Shown here: positions 31,121-41,324 of the stretch, piece after piece
How the letters are laid out: the number at the start of each line of letters is the position of its first letter
How positions within the stretch are numbered: position 1 is the first letter of the stretch
Virus record (IMG/VR): IMGVR_UViG_3300029288_000076
Location: 96,001 to 160,000 of that record
Origin: a virus
Taxonomy: Duplodnaviria > Caudoviricetes
Strand: one strand, 5' to 3'
Length of the DNA stretch: 64,000 nucleotides
Notes under the pieces: generated by a model
Seen by the model: the letters and a program-made list of their open reading frames with translations, nothing else
Told to the model about the DNA's origin: nothing
Database searches by the model: none
Made by a program: the position numbers and the translations under genes

Positions 31121-32965
31121 TTAATGAATCACATTACTAAATTGACCTTCCCTACGAACAGTCAACTTGTCAGGAACTAAAGGATCAAGCAAAGAATTGT
31201 GATTAACTAAGAAAATAGAATTTAATCCACCTTCTTCTGCTAATTTATTTTTTAACAAAGAAATTACAGCTTCGCACCCACTTAAATCAAGAAACGAAAA
31301 CGTTTCATCAAGAATTAAAACGTTACTTTTATTTGTAGTAACTAGATCTCTAAGAGCAAAAAGAACAGACAAATTCAACCTTGTTTTTTCACCACCAGAA
31401 AGAGATTGGTAATCATATTCAATTCCATCAATACTGATATTAAATGAAATCTTTTCTCTTTCCTCCCCAGACTTAAGTATAGCTTTATTAGAAAATAAAA
31501 CTTCTATATTTGTATAACCTATTTCACTAAGATAGAAATTAATTTGTTGGTTAAAAACGTCAATTATATTATCCAAAATAAAACTACGTATTCCTTTTTT
31601 CCCAAAAGATTTTTCCCAAAAAGAAAGTATCTTTCTGTCTTCAATATACTTCTTTTCTTTTTTCTCTTCTTCATCAACTTCATCAGCTAATTTAACAAGA
31701 TCTTTTTGTATTTTCTCGATATCTTTTTCTAAATTAGGGATAGTTAAGTCTTTCTCGTTTATTCTACTTTCAAGGTCTTTTAACCTTGATGTTAGATTAT
31801 CAATTTCTTTTTGTTTTAATTTAACATCATTTTTTAACTTTTCTTGATTTCTAAAAGACTCTCTCGCTTGCTTTTCTAGCTTTACTACTTCTTCATTTAG
31901 GCCAGCCAACTCCTTTTTCATTTCAGTTTGACTAAGATTGTTATCAGCCAGCTCGGCTTTAATAGGAATAAGTAACTCTTCAAAAGAATTTATAAGCTCT
32001 TCTTTATTAGCTTCAAATACTGAACCACAAGTTGGACATTCTCCAGCATTAATGACTTTAATTTTATCTATATATTTCCTTTGTTCTCCTTCTAGCTTTA
32101 TTTCTTCTCTTTCAGCAGAAAGTAATTTTGTTTTTATCTTTTCAACTTCTTCTTTTTTCTTTTCAACTTTATCATCATTATTTTCATCATACTCTAAATT
32201 ACTTAAATTAAATTGTAACTTTTCAAGTTCAGAATACAATGGCTTTAAAGCAACATTTATTTTATCTTTTTCTCCTTTTAATTCCCAATGCTTTTGTTTT
32301 TGAATCTCTTCATAAGCTTCTTTGTTTTTTTCTAGCACATCAAGATTTTCTATATAAGCCTTTAATCTTGTATTTAGATCTTTCACCACATATTTTGATT
32401 CATTCAAAAGTATATCAATGTTTTTAATATCAAGATCTACTTTACTACGACCAATTTCAAACTTTATAAGATTTAGAATCTTGTCAAACAAATCTTTTTG
32501 ATTTGCGTCTGTTGAATCAATAAAGAAGCTTGCTCCTTCTTGAGAAATATAAGAAAGAATTTGAAAAATTTCTTGTGAAATATTTAAGCGCTCATAAAGA
32601 ACTGCTTCTGTTTCTTTAATAGTTTTTTTCTGAAATTCTTTTTGACCTTTTCGTAAAATAAGATTATTTCCAAATTGAGAATGCTTTCTATAACGCTCAA
32701 CAATCAGACCATCATCAAATTCTACAGTCGCAATACAATCTTTATCGATTACTTTATTAACTACAGAATCTCCTGAAATGCCTTTTGTTGTGGTTCCAAA
32801 AAGACAAAAGAAGATAGCTTCAGATAAAGATGTTTTTCCTACCCCATTAGAAGTAAAAAATCTATCTTCCGATTCACCAACAATCTGAACTAATCCTTGG
32901 CCTTTTAGATTAACTTCAAAATCTTTAAAGCACATAAAGTTCTGAGCTGAAACTTTAGAGAACAT
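31121..32965 (-). CDS. Rad50/SbcC-like recombination ATPase (T4 gp46-like)
   Basis: NGVGKT Walker A, CPTC zinc hook, coiled coil, LSGGE signature, LILDE Walker B. Confidence 0.93.
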   Translation of the reverse strand: MFSKVSAQNFMCFKDFEVNLKGQGLVQIVGESEDRFFTSNGVGKTSLSEAIFFCLFGTTTKGISGDSVVNKVIDKDCIATVEFDDGLIVERYRKHSQFGNNLILRKGQKEFQKKTIKETEAVLYERLNISQEIFQILSYISQEGASFFIDSTDANQKDLFDKILNLIKFEIGRSKVDLDIKNIDILLNESKYVVKDLNTRLKAYIENLDVLEKNKEAYEEIQKQKHWELKGEKDKINVALKPLYSELEKLQFNLSNLEYDENNDDKVEKKKEEVEKIKTKLLSAEREEIKLEGEQRKYIDKIKVINAGECPTCGSVFEANKEELINSFEELLIPIKAELADNNLSQTEMKKELAGLNEEVVKLEKQARESFRNQEKLKNDVKLKQKEIDNLTSRLKDLESRINEKDLTIPNLEKDIEKIQKDLVKLADEVDEEEKKEKKYIEDRKILSFWEKSFGKKGIRSFILDNIIDVFNQQINFYLSEIGYTNIEVLFSNKAILKSGEEREKISFNISIDGIEYDYQSLSGGEKTRLNLSVLFALRDLVTTNKSNVLILDETFSFLDLSGCEAVISLLKNKLAEEGGLNSIFLVNHNSLLDPLVPDKLTVRREGQFSNVIH

Positions 32966-33237
32966 AAATCAAACCTTTAAAACATATAAATTATCCAGCA
33001 TATCTACTTCTTAATTCTTTGCCTTTATCAAAAGCAGCATCCCATTTTTTAATTTTATTATTCTCATCTATCACTCTGCGATTATCATATTTATAATTTC
33101 TATATTCATCTGGTTTACACCAAGTGCATGGAATAGCTTTACCAGCCTCTTTCATTCTACTATCATAACAAAAACCTGGTGGAGTAGAACAAATAAAAGT
33201 CGTTATACAAATTCCAGTATCATGACATTGATTACAC

Positions 33238-33471
33238 TTATACATTTTTCACCTCAACATCAAAATTATAAAGAATAGATTCTTTTTCTTTATCTGGAAG
33301 TTCTTCTAATTCATCTTGATCATAGCTTTCAAGATATAATTCAGTTGCTTCTTTAAGATTATATTTAGCATCTTGAATAGTAATACCTTGAGAAACTATA
33401 TCGACTTCAAGACATCTAGCTACATAATACTTATCTTCTTTTGTTATTACTCCAGTTAATACTTTTTTCAT
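33238..33471 (-). CDS. HicB-family antitoxin-like protein (no adjacent HicA)
   Basis: KEDKYYVARCLEVDIVSQG.T..DA..NLKEA.ELYLE. Confidence 0.85.
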   Translation of the reverse strand: MKKVLTGVITKEDKYYVARCLEVDIVSQGITIQDAKYNLKEATELYLESYDQDELEELPDKEKESILYNFDVEVKNV

Positions 33472-33497
33472 TTCATATCCTTTTTAAAAAGACAGAA

Positions 33498-33636
33498 GAA
33501 GTTGCTTTAGCAAATGACAACAATAAAAAATAATTGACCGTAGCATTTAAAACCTAACAATACTCAACAAAATATTTTGTTTGTTTTTGGTCACAATGTT
33601 TTTCCGGCAGGCATAACCTGATACTAAAGCAACTTC
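33498..33636 (-). ncRNA. candidate structured RNA in the 3' region of the coiled-coil gene
   Basis: Perfect 13-bp inverted repeat GAAGTTGCTTTAG/CTAAAGCAACTTC enclosing 113 nt, starting 7 nt after the stop of 33644..33937. Confidence 0.5.
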
Positions 33637-33643
33637 CTACTTC

Positions 33644-33937
33644 CTACTTAAGAGACTCAAGCAGGCTGTCTATATCATATACAATTTTTACTTTTGTTTT
33701 AGCGTTGACTTCTTTTAAAGAAGCGTCTGCCTCAAAAAGAAATTTTCTAAGTTCAACTATTTTTTCATCTACTTTTTTAACATCATACAATGGCTCAGAA
33801 ACTTTTTCTGTGTCACCATAATAATGCTCTTTTTTTGATACTTCACCTCTAAGAGCAATAAGCTCATTAAGACGCTGACGAACATTTGTCATTACAACTA
33901 AAAGACGATTTACAGTAACTTCCTTCACTTCAGCCAT
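33644..33937 (-). CDS. DIP1984/DUF6847-like coiled-coil protein
   Basis: L..R..EL..LR...YDVK..D..I..L......D.SLKE.NAKT.V pattern; RBS AGGAG. Confidence 0.5.
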   Translation of the reverse strand: MAEVKEVTVNRLLVVMTNVRQRLNELIALRGEVSKKEHYYGDTEKVSEPLYDVKKVDEKIVELRKFLFEADASLKEVNAKTKVKIVYDIDSLLESLK

Positions 33938-33967
33938 TAATTGTCTCCTAAATAATAATATACTTTT

Positions 33968-34216
33968 TTATCGTTGTCTATAAAAAATATTTAAATCACA
34001 TCTTTCGAATAAATTACAAGTAGTCCAAATTTTTGAATATTCACCAATATTTTTATGTTCATGATTACAGCAAATTTCCCAATCATATTCAACATCAGCA
34101 AATTTACAAACAAAACAACAATCTGGGAACTTGTTGCTATCAACATCCCTAAAATTTCTTTGGCAAACAATCATTTTTATATTATAACTCCTGTAAATAC
34201 TTTTTTCATTTTTCAC
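33968..34216 (-). CDS. PDCC-family Cys-rich protein
   Basis: NFRDVDSNKFPDCCFVCKF...C...TCNLFER. Confidence 0.6.
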   Translation of the reverse strand: MKNEKSIYRSYNIKMIVCQRNFRDVDSNKFPDCCFVCKFADVEYDWEICCNHEHKNIGEYSKIWTTCNLFERCDLNIFYRQR

Positions 34217-34557
34217 TTCTCCTTAGCATATTTAATACTATCAAGAAAAATTTCAATAGCATAATCTATAGAACTTTTTGATTCTTTATTTCTCGTTACA
34301 TACTCTGGAAGATCAATATCAAAAGGTATACATAAGCAAGAAGGATAATCTTTATTACAAACACTACACCATATAAAACTTTCATATTCAGACCAATGTA
34401 AGCGCTCGTCAAAATTACCATCAGTAACTAAATCGTATTTACAAATTGGACAATGATAGCCAAGCTCGCAAGGTTGATCAAAAGGAATTACGCCTTCTAT
34501 TTTCCTTTTACCAACTATTTCTTCTGCTCTTTTATTTATAGAATATTCTTTAATAAT
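34213..34557 (-). CDS. 114-aa zinc-binding protein with apparent ATT start (not in ORF track)
   Basis: Stop-free frame filling the gap: IIKEYSINKRAEE...DQPCELGYHCPIC...LHWSEYESFIWCSVCNKDYPSCLC; AAGGAG 8 nt upstream; TAATT overlap. Confidence 0.6.
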   Translation of the reverse strand: MIKEYSINKRAEEIVGKRKIEGVIPFDQPCELGYHCPICKYDLVTDGNFDERLHWSEYESFIWCSVCNKDYPSCLCIPFDIDLPEYVTRNKESKSSIDYAIEIFLDSIKYAKEK

Positions 34558-34786
34558 TAGCTTTTCTCCTTTATAAGCATCAAATCTTTATAGAAATCAT
34601 TTTGCCTTTCTATAAAACTATTAGAAAACATTCCTGATTCAAACCCGCAACCACATTCAACTAAATACATTTTACAATCTGGACAATAATATTCTATAGC
34701 AGAACAATATGGTGTAGGACATGACCAATAATTATGTTGGACTTTATTTTTATGCTCTACTTCACAATTATCATCTGGATCATATT

Positions 34787-35851
34787 TCATTCCAAATACT
34801 CCAACCCTTTTTTAAGTAACTTTTCTTTATTTTGCTTAACCCATTCATCATTTTTGCTTACAAAATTAAGATAATTTTCCAGTACTTTTTTGTTATCGCT
34901 TAGATCTTCAGTTTGAATTCTAACTGCAGAAATTTTTTTGTCTGGTTTCAAATCAACAACAACATTTTTATTTTTATCTTTATATTCCGTTTGGCTAAGT
35001 TCTTTCCATAACTCTTTTGAAGCTTTTACCTTAACAAAACTCTCGTCTATATTTGTAGGCTGAACACCTTTTTCACAAACTATTTCTATTTCACCATCAT
35101 CTTTTTCTATATAATCAAGTGTATGAAATTCTGGGTGTTGAGTTGGAATATATTCAATAGATAAATCATCATATAAAACAGAAAAATATTTTTTAATTCC
35201 TTCATCTCCAAAATCTTTTTGAGCAATAGAACCTGGAAAAATAACATCTTGGCAAATCTGCTTAGTATGAATATGACCAGAAACAATCATTTTGAATTTC
35301 TTAAACAGCTTTTCAGGATCAATATTGTCTTTAGCTTTTATCAATTCATAATTACCAACTACAACTCCCGGGACAGATTGGTGAATAAAAATTACATCTC
35401 CTTCTCTACTAATATTAGAAATACTATCTCCATCAGAAACATAAGGATGAAAAGCTATTTTTAATCCACCAATAATACAATCATGAAAATTTTCATAAAG
35501 CCATATACCTGGAATATTATAGAAAGAATGTAATACACTATCTTCAAAATAAGAAAAATAGTCATGATTACCAGGAAACAAATGTAAATCAATATTTCTT
35601 GGTTTATTTTTAAATAAATCGTAAACATCATTAAACAAAACTGTTTTCACAACTTCCGAAGAATTAAAAATATCGCCAAGGAAAATTATATTCCCAATAT
35701 TATTCTCTTTAGCATAATCGAATATTCTTGCTACTTCATTAATCAGAAGTTGAGCGCGAGAATTTTTTCCATTATCAAGCTGCTTATTGAACTTAGCATA
35801 CAAGTCAAAATGAATGTCCCCAATAATTACTGCTACAAGTTGTTTACTCAT
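34787..35851 (-). CDS. Mre11/SbcD-like nuclease (T4 gp47-like)
   Basis: GDIH, LGDIF, PGNHD, SGHIH, PGSI.Q.DFGD metallophosphoesterase motifs. Confidence 0.93.
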   Translation of the reverse strand: MSKQLVAVIIGDIHFDLYAKFNKQLDNGKNSRAQLLINEVARIFDYAKENNIGNIIFLGDIFNSSEVVKTVLFNDVYDLFKNKPRNIDLHLFPGNHDYFSYFEDSVLHSFYNIPGIWLYENFHDCIIGGLKIAFHPYVSDGDSISNISREGDVIFIHQSVPGVVVGNYELIKAKDNIDPEKLFKKFKMIVSGHIHTKQICQDVIFPGSIAQKDFGDEGIKKYFSVLYDDLSIEYIPTQHPEFHTLDYIEKDDGEIEIVCEKGVQPTNIDESFVKVKASKELWKELSQTEYKDKNKNVVVDLKPDKKISAVRIQTEDLSDNKKVLENYLNFVSKNDEWVKQNKEKLLKKGLEYLE

Positions 35852-36041
35852 CTAATAATTCCTTAAATAAAGAACAATAAGGTTTATTATATTCTTTAAG
35901 CCTAAAAAGAAGTTCATGTTCACCATATTTACCTAGATACTTATATGCATTTGATTTTAACGTTGTTATTAATCTAAAAGATAGGCATTCGTCTCTAATA
36001 CATTGCTTACCAGTATTTGGACAACATTTAATCTTATTCAT
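35844..36041 (-). CDS. small Cys-rich protein, probably leaderless
   Basis: KCCP..GKQC..D.C; ATG overlaps the promoter 21-mer. Confidence 0.55.
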   Translation of the reverse strand: MNKIKCCPNTGKQCIRDECLSFRLITTLKSNAYKYLGKYGEHELLFRLKEYNKPYCSLFKELLDE

Positions 36042-36060
36042 ACTATATTATATTTTAAAA
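36040..36060 (-). promoter_or_regulatory. conserved phage promoter upstream of the Mre11/Rad50 unit
   Basis: Exact 21-mer. Confidence 0.8.
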
Positions 36061-36068
36061 ATACTGTC

Positions 36069-37118
36069 TTACAAAAACTTGTTTAAAACTTCCATTATTC
36101 TTTCTACAGCATGACCGTCCCATAATTTATTAATTTTATAATATAAAATGTTCAAATTTAAGAATTTATTAACTAAATCATTTATGGTTTTTTGATCTTC
36201 AGTTACAAAATTATTCCCATGCAAAGTAGTAACTTTATGCGGTGTATGATAATTATATGTAATACAAGGTTTATGTAAAATATAAGATTCACATTGAACT
36301 CCACCACTATCTGTAATAACAAAAGAAGCATTACATAATTTATTAATGAATTCTGAATAACTCATTGGCTCAACTAACTCTATGTTTTTTGATAAATATC
36401 GTTTATCAAACATAAAGACTTCTTTTATTCTAGGGTGAGCAGATAGTATAACAGGAATCTTATCTGCTACATTATTTAAGATTTCCAAAATACTTCTAAA
36501 ACCATTATCAACATTTTCTACACGGTGAAAAGTAGCTAAACAATACTGCTTGCTATTAAAATCAATCCACTTTGTATGGTGTAATCTTATTGAATCAGCT
36601 AAAACGTTACCTACAAGATGTCCATTTGCTAAGGTCTCACTCTTCAAATTTATCATTCCAGATTCTTCAGTTACAAAATTATATGTTGACATATGATCAA
36701 TAAGTTTTCTGTTTATCTCTTCTGGAAAGTCAAATCTTCCAACTCTTAAGCCTGCTTCTACGTGAGCGATGGGAAAGTCTTTTTTCTGAGCAAACAAAGT
36801 TCCAGCCAAAGAAGAATTCATATCACCAAATACTACAAACAAATCAGTAAAGCTTTCTAGAGAAAGGTTTTCAAAATATAACTTTTCTAGTTCAATAAGA
36901 ATTGAACCTGTTTGGTGAGCATGACCTTTTCCTGAACGCTCTAATCTATAATCAGGTTGGAAACCAAATTCATCAAAGAATACTTGGCTCATAGAATTTG
37001 AATAGTGTTGTTCTGTAAAGATAATTTTATAGTTAGTAAAATTAATCTTTTTAAAATACTCTATAAACGGATAGAGTTTTACAATATTAGGTCTACCACC
37101 AATACAAAAAACAATCAT
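36069..37118 (-). CDS. wecB: UDP-N-acetylglucosamine 2-epimerase (non-hydrolysing)
   Basis: GGRPN.VK, T.QHY, GDMNS, HVEAGLR, PEEINR, TFHR.EN, TDSGGVQ.E, WDGHA.ERI. Confidence 0.93.
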   Translation of the reverse strand: MIVFCIGGRPNIVKLYPFIEYFKKINFTNYKIIFTEQHYSNSMSQVFFDEFGFQPDYRLERSGKGHAHQTGSILIELEKLYFENLSLESFTDLFVVFGDMNSSLAGTLFAQKKDFPIAHVEAGLRVGRFDFPEEINRKLIDHMSTYNFVTEESGMINLKSETLANGHLVGNVLADSIRLHHTKWIDFNSKQYCLATFHRVENVDNGFRSILEILNNVADKIPVILSAHPRIKEVFMFDKRYLSKNIELVEPMSYSEFINKLCNASFVITDSGGVQCESYILHKPCITYNYHTPHKVTTLHGNNFVTEDQKTINDLVNKFLNLNILYYKINKLWDGHAVERIMEVLNKFL

Positions 37119-37758
37119 TTATACTCCTATCCAATCTAATTGCCATAAATAATCATCACCAACTATATCAAAAGGCTTTTGTATACACACATCATAAACT
37201 TTTCCACAAATACAAGTCCCAGTAAGGATATAACAAATCCCTACTTTGCCTACATGAACTTCTACGTCTTGATTAAAGTTAATATACTCATTTAATAGTC
37301 TACCACAATTTGTACAGCATGAATAAGAAGAACCAACCTTCTTTTGTATAATTTCTATAGATCTAATAGGATTATATACAGGTAGCTTAGAAAATCTTAA
37401 TCCCCAGGTAGGAACGGGTGGGTTATGAACAATAAGATTTTTAATATTTGTCACTCCATCTTCTCCTTCAGCTTCTCAACAAAAACATAAACATCTTTTA
37501 TAAAATCAGCATGGTCTTCTAAGCTTTTATTTTTCTTTCTTCCAAATTCATTATACTCTTCAATAAAACCTTCACACAACTTTAAAATACTTATAGCTTT
37601 ATTTAAATGAAAATATTGAGCAGAAACTTTTTTAAGTTTTTCTTTCTCTTCATCAGCATAATCATTCAAACCTCTCGCTTGAGGAGGCATCATTGTTATA
37701 AGTTCTTCTTGATGTTTTGCTTCTTTAGAAAATTCTTCAAGATAAGCTATTGTTTTGT

Positions 37759-38481
37759 TCATCTAAATCTTCCTTTAAAATAATAACGAAGTTTGCAAAC
37801 AAGATTACAATGATCCATGTTTTGACACATCACTAAACTTGGTTCATGCCAAAGATGAGCGCCATAAATATTATCTGGATAGATTGCTTTAATCCCATAG
37901 TTTGCCATATTATAATGAAGCATAATGTCACACCAAGGACGTTTAATATCATCTAACAACTCCATATCCTTCTTTCTAATGGCACCAAGAAAAAAGTAAT
38001 TTTGAATCGCTACTTTTCCAGATCTTATAGTTGGGGGATTAATTTGCCAATCTTCATTAACTAATTTTAGCCATCCATAAAAATTATTTACATTGTTAGC
38101 TTTTTCAGTTAATTCTTTATTCACATTTGCTACAGTACAAAAAGAAGCTTGGTCAGGCAAACAATTATCAACCAAAGTTTGTAGAATATTATCGCTCATA
38201 TAAACAACATCAGCAGACTGCATCACTATAATATCAGTATCTTCAGGAACAAAATCAACTATAAAGCTCATCATTGTATCAAAACTATAATGTTGATCAA
38301 GTCTTTTATATTTCACATTATGAAAATAGCTTTTAATAATTGACTCAGGATCTATAGTAGAATTATCATCTACTATACAAAGCTGGTATTCAAAATCAGT
38401 TTTCTGCTTTGTTAAAGAATAGAGTACATATGGGAGCAACTTCTCTTTATTGTAAGTTGGCATATAAATTGAAACTTTCAT
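37759..38481 (-). CDS. GT2-family glycosyltransferase with Cys-rich tail (paralog 6; start revised to MKVSIY)
   Basis: PTYNK, IVDDNS, SADV, WCD, Cx5Cx3C. Confidence 0.85.
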   Translation of the reverse strand: MKVSIYMPTYNKEKLLPYVLYSLTKQKTDFEYQLCIVDDNSTIDPESIIKSYFHNVKYKRLDQHYSFDTMMSFIVDFVPEDTDIIVMQSADVVYMSDNILQTLVDNCLPDQASFCTVANVNKELTEKANNVNNFYGWLKLVNEDWQINPPTIRSGKVAIQNYFFLGAIRKKDMELLDDIKRPWCDIMLHYNMANYGIKAIYPDNIYGAHLWHEPSLVMCQNMDHCNLVCKLRYYFKGRFR

Positions 38482-38498
38482 TATTCTAAACCATTTAT

Positions 38499-39026
38499 TT
38501 ATTTTTGTTCTAAACAAGCTCCACAATGAGGACAAGTATAATATGGTTCATACTTATATCTATAAGCCATTCTGGAAGATAAGCTTTTAGCCATAAACAT
38601 TGTCCAGTCTAATTTTTCTTTATGTAGATATTTGTTCCTCTTTATTATTTCCCAAGAATCATTGTAATAAGGATTACAATCTTTTTTAAGTTTATATGCT
38701 CCAGCATAATCAGGAATATCTTCTTTATTGATATTAACATTAGGAGAAAATATATAACAAAAATAATTTGGAACTAATGCAGAAGAAATTTCTTTAAACC
38801 AATTTTTATCTTGTGATACCAACTTATATACTTGATGTTTAGAGATTTTTTTAAAATCATTTTTGAAATCAGCTAAACTTGTTTTAATTTCATATTCATA
38901 TGCAAATCCAGACCAAGTAACTAATAGAATATCTGCTTCACCGCTAGGTAGCCAAATATTAGGAGCAATTAAGCCAATATTAGCTTTCCATCTCATTATT
39001 GCTTTTTTCATTTCCCATTCATTCAT
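38499..39026 (-). CDS. MmcB-like PD-(D/E)XK nuclease
   Basis: EADIL...EYEIKTS.ADFKND.KK...PNYF. Confidence 0.75.
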   Translation of the reverse strand: MNEWEMKKAIMRWKANIGLIAPNIWLPSGEADILLVTWSGFAYEYEIKTSLADFKNDFKKISKHQVYKLVSQDKNWFKEISSALVPNYFCYIFSPNVNINKEDIPDYAGAYKLKKDCNPYYNDSWEIIKRNKYLHKEKLDWTMFMAKSLSSRMAYRYKYEPYYTCPHCGACLEQK

Positions 39027-39390
39027 TTAATTTTTTCTCGTCCAAATCTTTTAGATTCATTTTCTATAGCTTGCAAAATAACTTCTTCTTGATGTCTTAT
39101 AGACGTTAATTGCCGCTCGTAGCTTTTTCTTACATTTAAGCAATCAATACAATAATAAGGAGCTCTATAGTCGCCACCCCAAGTATCAGCCTCTAATTCC
39201 CATTCCCCTCCAAAACAATTGCCACAAACTTCTCTTTTACAACCATCAAAATTTGCTCCCCATCCACCAGCTTGACCACACTCCCATAAGTTTTTAGCTT
39301 CTTCTCCGCATCTATCGCAATAATATTTTGTTATTAATTCCTCATGTTCTAGAATTAATTCGTCCGGAACTATTTTAGAAATTACCTTCT

Positions 39391-40152
39391 TCATTTTACT
39401 TTCCTCAATATCTTTGAGTCAGAAACCCAAGTATTCCAAACAGGGTTTTCTTCTTTTAAATAAATTCCATCTTCTTTCCATGATTTAACATATTTAACCA
39501 ATAATATAAAATGTCTTTTATTATTATTCTGTTTAGTATATTCAACTCTCCAAACTGCTCCTTCACATTCTTCCAAAGCTCCTTCTCTACCTTCTTTAGG
39601 ATAAAAATTAAATTCTTCAACAGAATAACCTGTTTCACCTCTATAAAGTAAATAAGGAATGTTAAATCTACTATTACCAAGAGCATGATTCTTGTTAATA
39701 ATTTCTTCAAAAGTTATTCTTTCATTTTCAGAATTAAAATAATCAAAAATGAAAAATGGTTCTTTCTTAAAATTGTATTTTGTTCCATGAGCTTGAATAC
39801 ACCACTCACCTATTACTCTATCGCCAGGGTTAAGCAATTCTAGAAATCTATCTTTCTGTTCAAAAACCCATTCATGAAATATCTGGTGCATCTTAAAAGG
39901 TGATGTATTTGCTACATATCCAGCTCTAGTTAATGGTACAACAGTATCTTCATATCTAAGAATGCCTACGTTTGAACCATCAATTTTTTCAGTAACTAAA
40001 ACTATACGCTTTGGTAATTTATCATTCTCAATAGCCATCTTCTCATGACCTGGAGAAGCTTTACTGTCAGATGGACCAAGTCTTGATCCGCTAAGATGTG
40101 GAATTGATCCATAATTCTTAATACCAAGTGGTTTTCTTTCAAATATGTTCAT
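39391..40152 (-). CDS. ATP-dependent RNA ligase (Rnl2-like family; start revised)
   Basis: EKIDGSN (KxDG motif I), GEW, FFIFD, EGAVWR, KYV. Confidence 0.85.
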   Translation of the reverse strand: MNIFERKPLGIKNYGSIPHLSGSRLGPSDSKASPGHEKMAIENDKLPKRIVLVTEKIDGSNVGILRYEDTVVPLTRAGYVANTSPFKMHQIFHEWVFEQKDRFLELLNPGDRVIGEWCIQAHGTKYNFKKEPFFIFDYFNSENERITFEEIINKNHALGNSRFNIPYLLYRGETGYSVEEFNFYPKEGREGALEECEGAVWRVEYTKQNNNKRHFILLVKYVKSWKEDGIYLKEENPVWNTWVSDSKILRKVK

Positions 40153-40303
40153 TTTTCTATATAGCCTTTTCCTTTGCATCTCAAACATTGTTTGTTATTA
40201 TATATTGGACATATTAGACCAAATGGCATTGGAACATATACTATATCTTCTATAGACTTTTTCCCATTACAAGTAAAGCAGACTTTTTTAGATTTTTCTT
40301 TAA

Positions 40304-41065
40304 TCACTTCCAATTTTGTTTCCATATATCTAATTTCCTTACACAGTGAGATTTACAATTTTTCAAAACATTACAACCATAAGGAATTTTCAAATGTCTT
40401 TGATGAATACCTTTTAAATCTGACATCAAATTAACTTCGTAATTCAACTCTTTCATTTTTTCTTTTATTATCACATCACAAGCATTCATTGTAAAGCCAA
40501 GCTCAATAAAATCGTGTATTGTCATAGCACCAAGAAAGAAATAAGGATCTTGTCCAGACCTCCCAGAATAAACTGTTTTTTGCTTATTAAACACCACATT
40601 ACCAAATAATATATCGATTTCAGTATCAAATTGTTCCCAGTTATCTAAAATATCTTTTGTATTATTATCAAAGTCTGTATAAAAATCATCTTCAATAGGA
40701 ATATCAACAACTTCAGCAATAGAAGGCTTTGAATCAAACGTATTATAAGCAAGATCAGAAACTATATTATCAGTTACATAAATAACATCACAAGCAGATA
40801 GAATTATAATATCAATATCATCAGAAGCTAATCCAAAACATTTACCATGTGAAAACTGAGTTCCAACTCTTTTATCAAGTCTCTTATATTTTACGGGAAA
40901 ATTAGTTATAAGCTCATCAATAATAGGTTTAGGATCAATATCAGAATAATCATCTATAATACATATTTCAATAGGAAAATCAACTTTCTGTCTGCTGATA
41001 GAATATAGAGTATTTGCAAATTGATTATTTTTATTGTACGTAGCTAAAAAAATTGCTGCTTTCAC
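40304..41065 (-). CDS. GT2-family glycosyltransferase with Cys-rich tail (paralog 5)
   Basis: ATYNK, IIDDYS, ACD, IHQRH, Cx5Cx3C. Confidence 0.85.
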   Translation of the reverse strand: MKAAIFLATYNKNNQFANTLYSISRQKVDFPIEICIIDDYSDIDPKPIIDELITNFPVKYKRLDKRVGTQFSHGKCFGLASDDIDIIILSACDVIYVTDNIVSDLAYNTFDSKPSIAEVVDIPIEDDFYTDFDNNTKDILDNWEQFDTEIDILFGNVVFNKQKTVYSGRSGQDPYFFLGAMTIHDFIELGFTMNACDVIIKEKMKELNYEVNLMSDLKGIHQRHLKIPYGCNVLKNCKSHCVRKLDIWKQNWK

Positions 41066-41253
41066 TTTATATATGTTTTACCTAACAAATAACCAACACC
41101 ATTACAAAGCGGACATGGCACTGGCCAACCATGACCACCTGGTTGAAATCTTCCTAGTCCAAAGCACATATGGCATGATTCTTTATTAATAATCTCAATT
41201 TCTACAGTAGTAAACTCTGTCTTTTTTATCTTATTATTTTCAAATTCCATCAT
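41062..41253 (-). CDS. DnaJ-type zinc-finger small protein
   Basis: CHMCFGLG...CPLCNGVG. Confidence 0.55.
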   Translation of the reverse strand: MMEFENNKIKKTEFTTVEIEIINKESCHMCFGLGRFQPGGHGWPVPCPLCNGVGYLLGKTYIK

Positions 41254-41324
41254 AGTACCTCACAGAAAAAGAAGAACAGCATGGCAAAATCAACTTCTAC
41301 CTATTATCTTATTTAAATCTTTCT

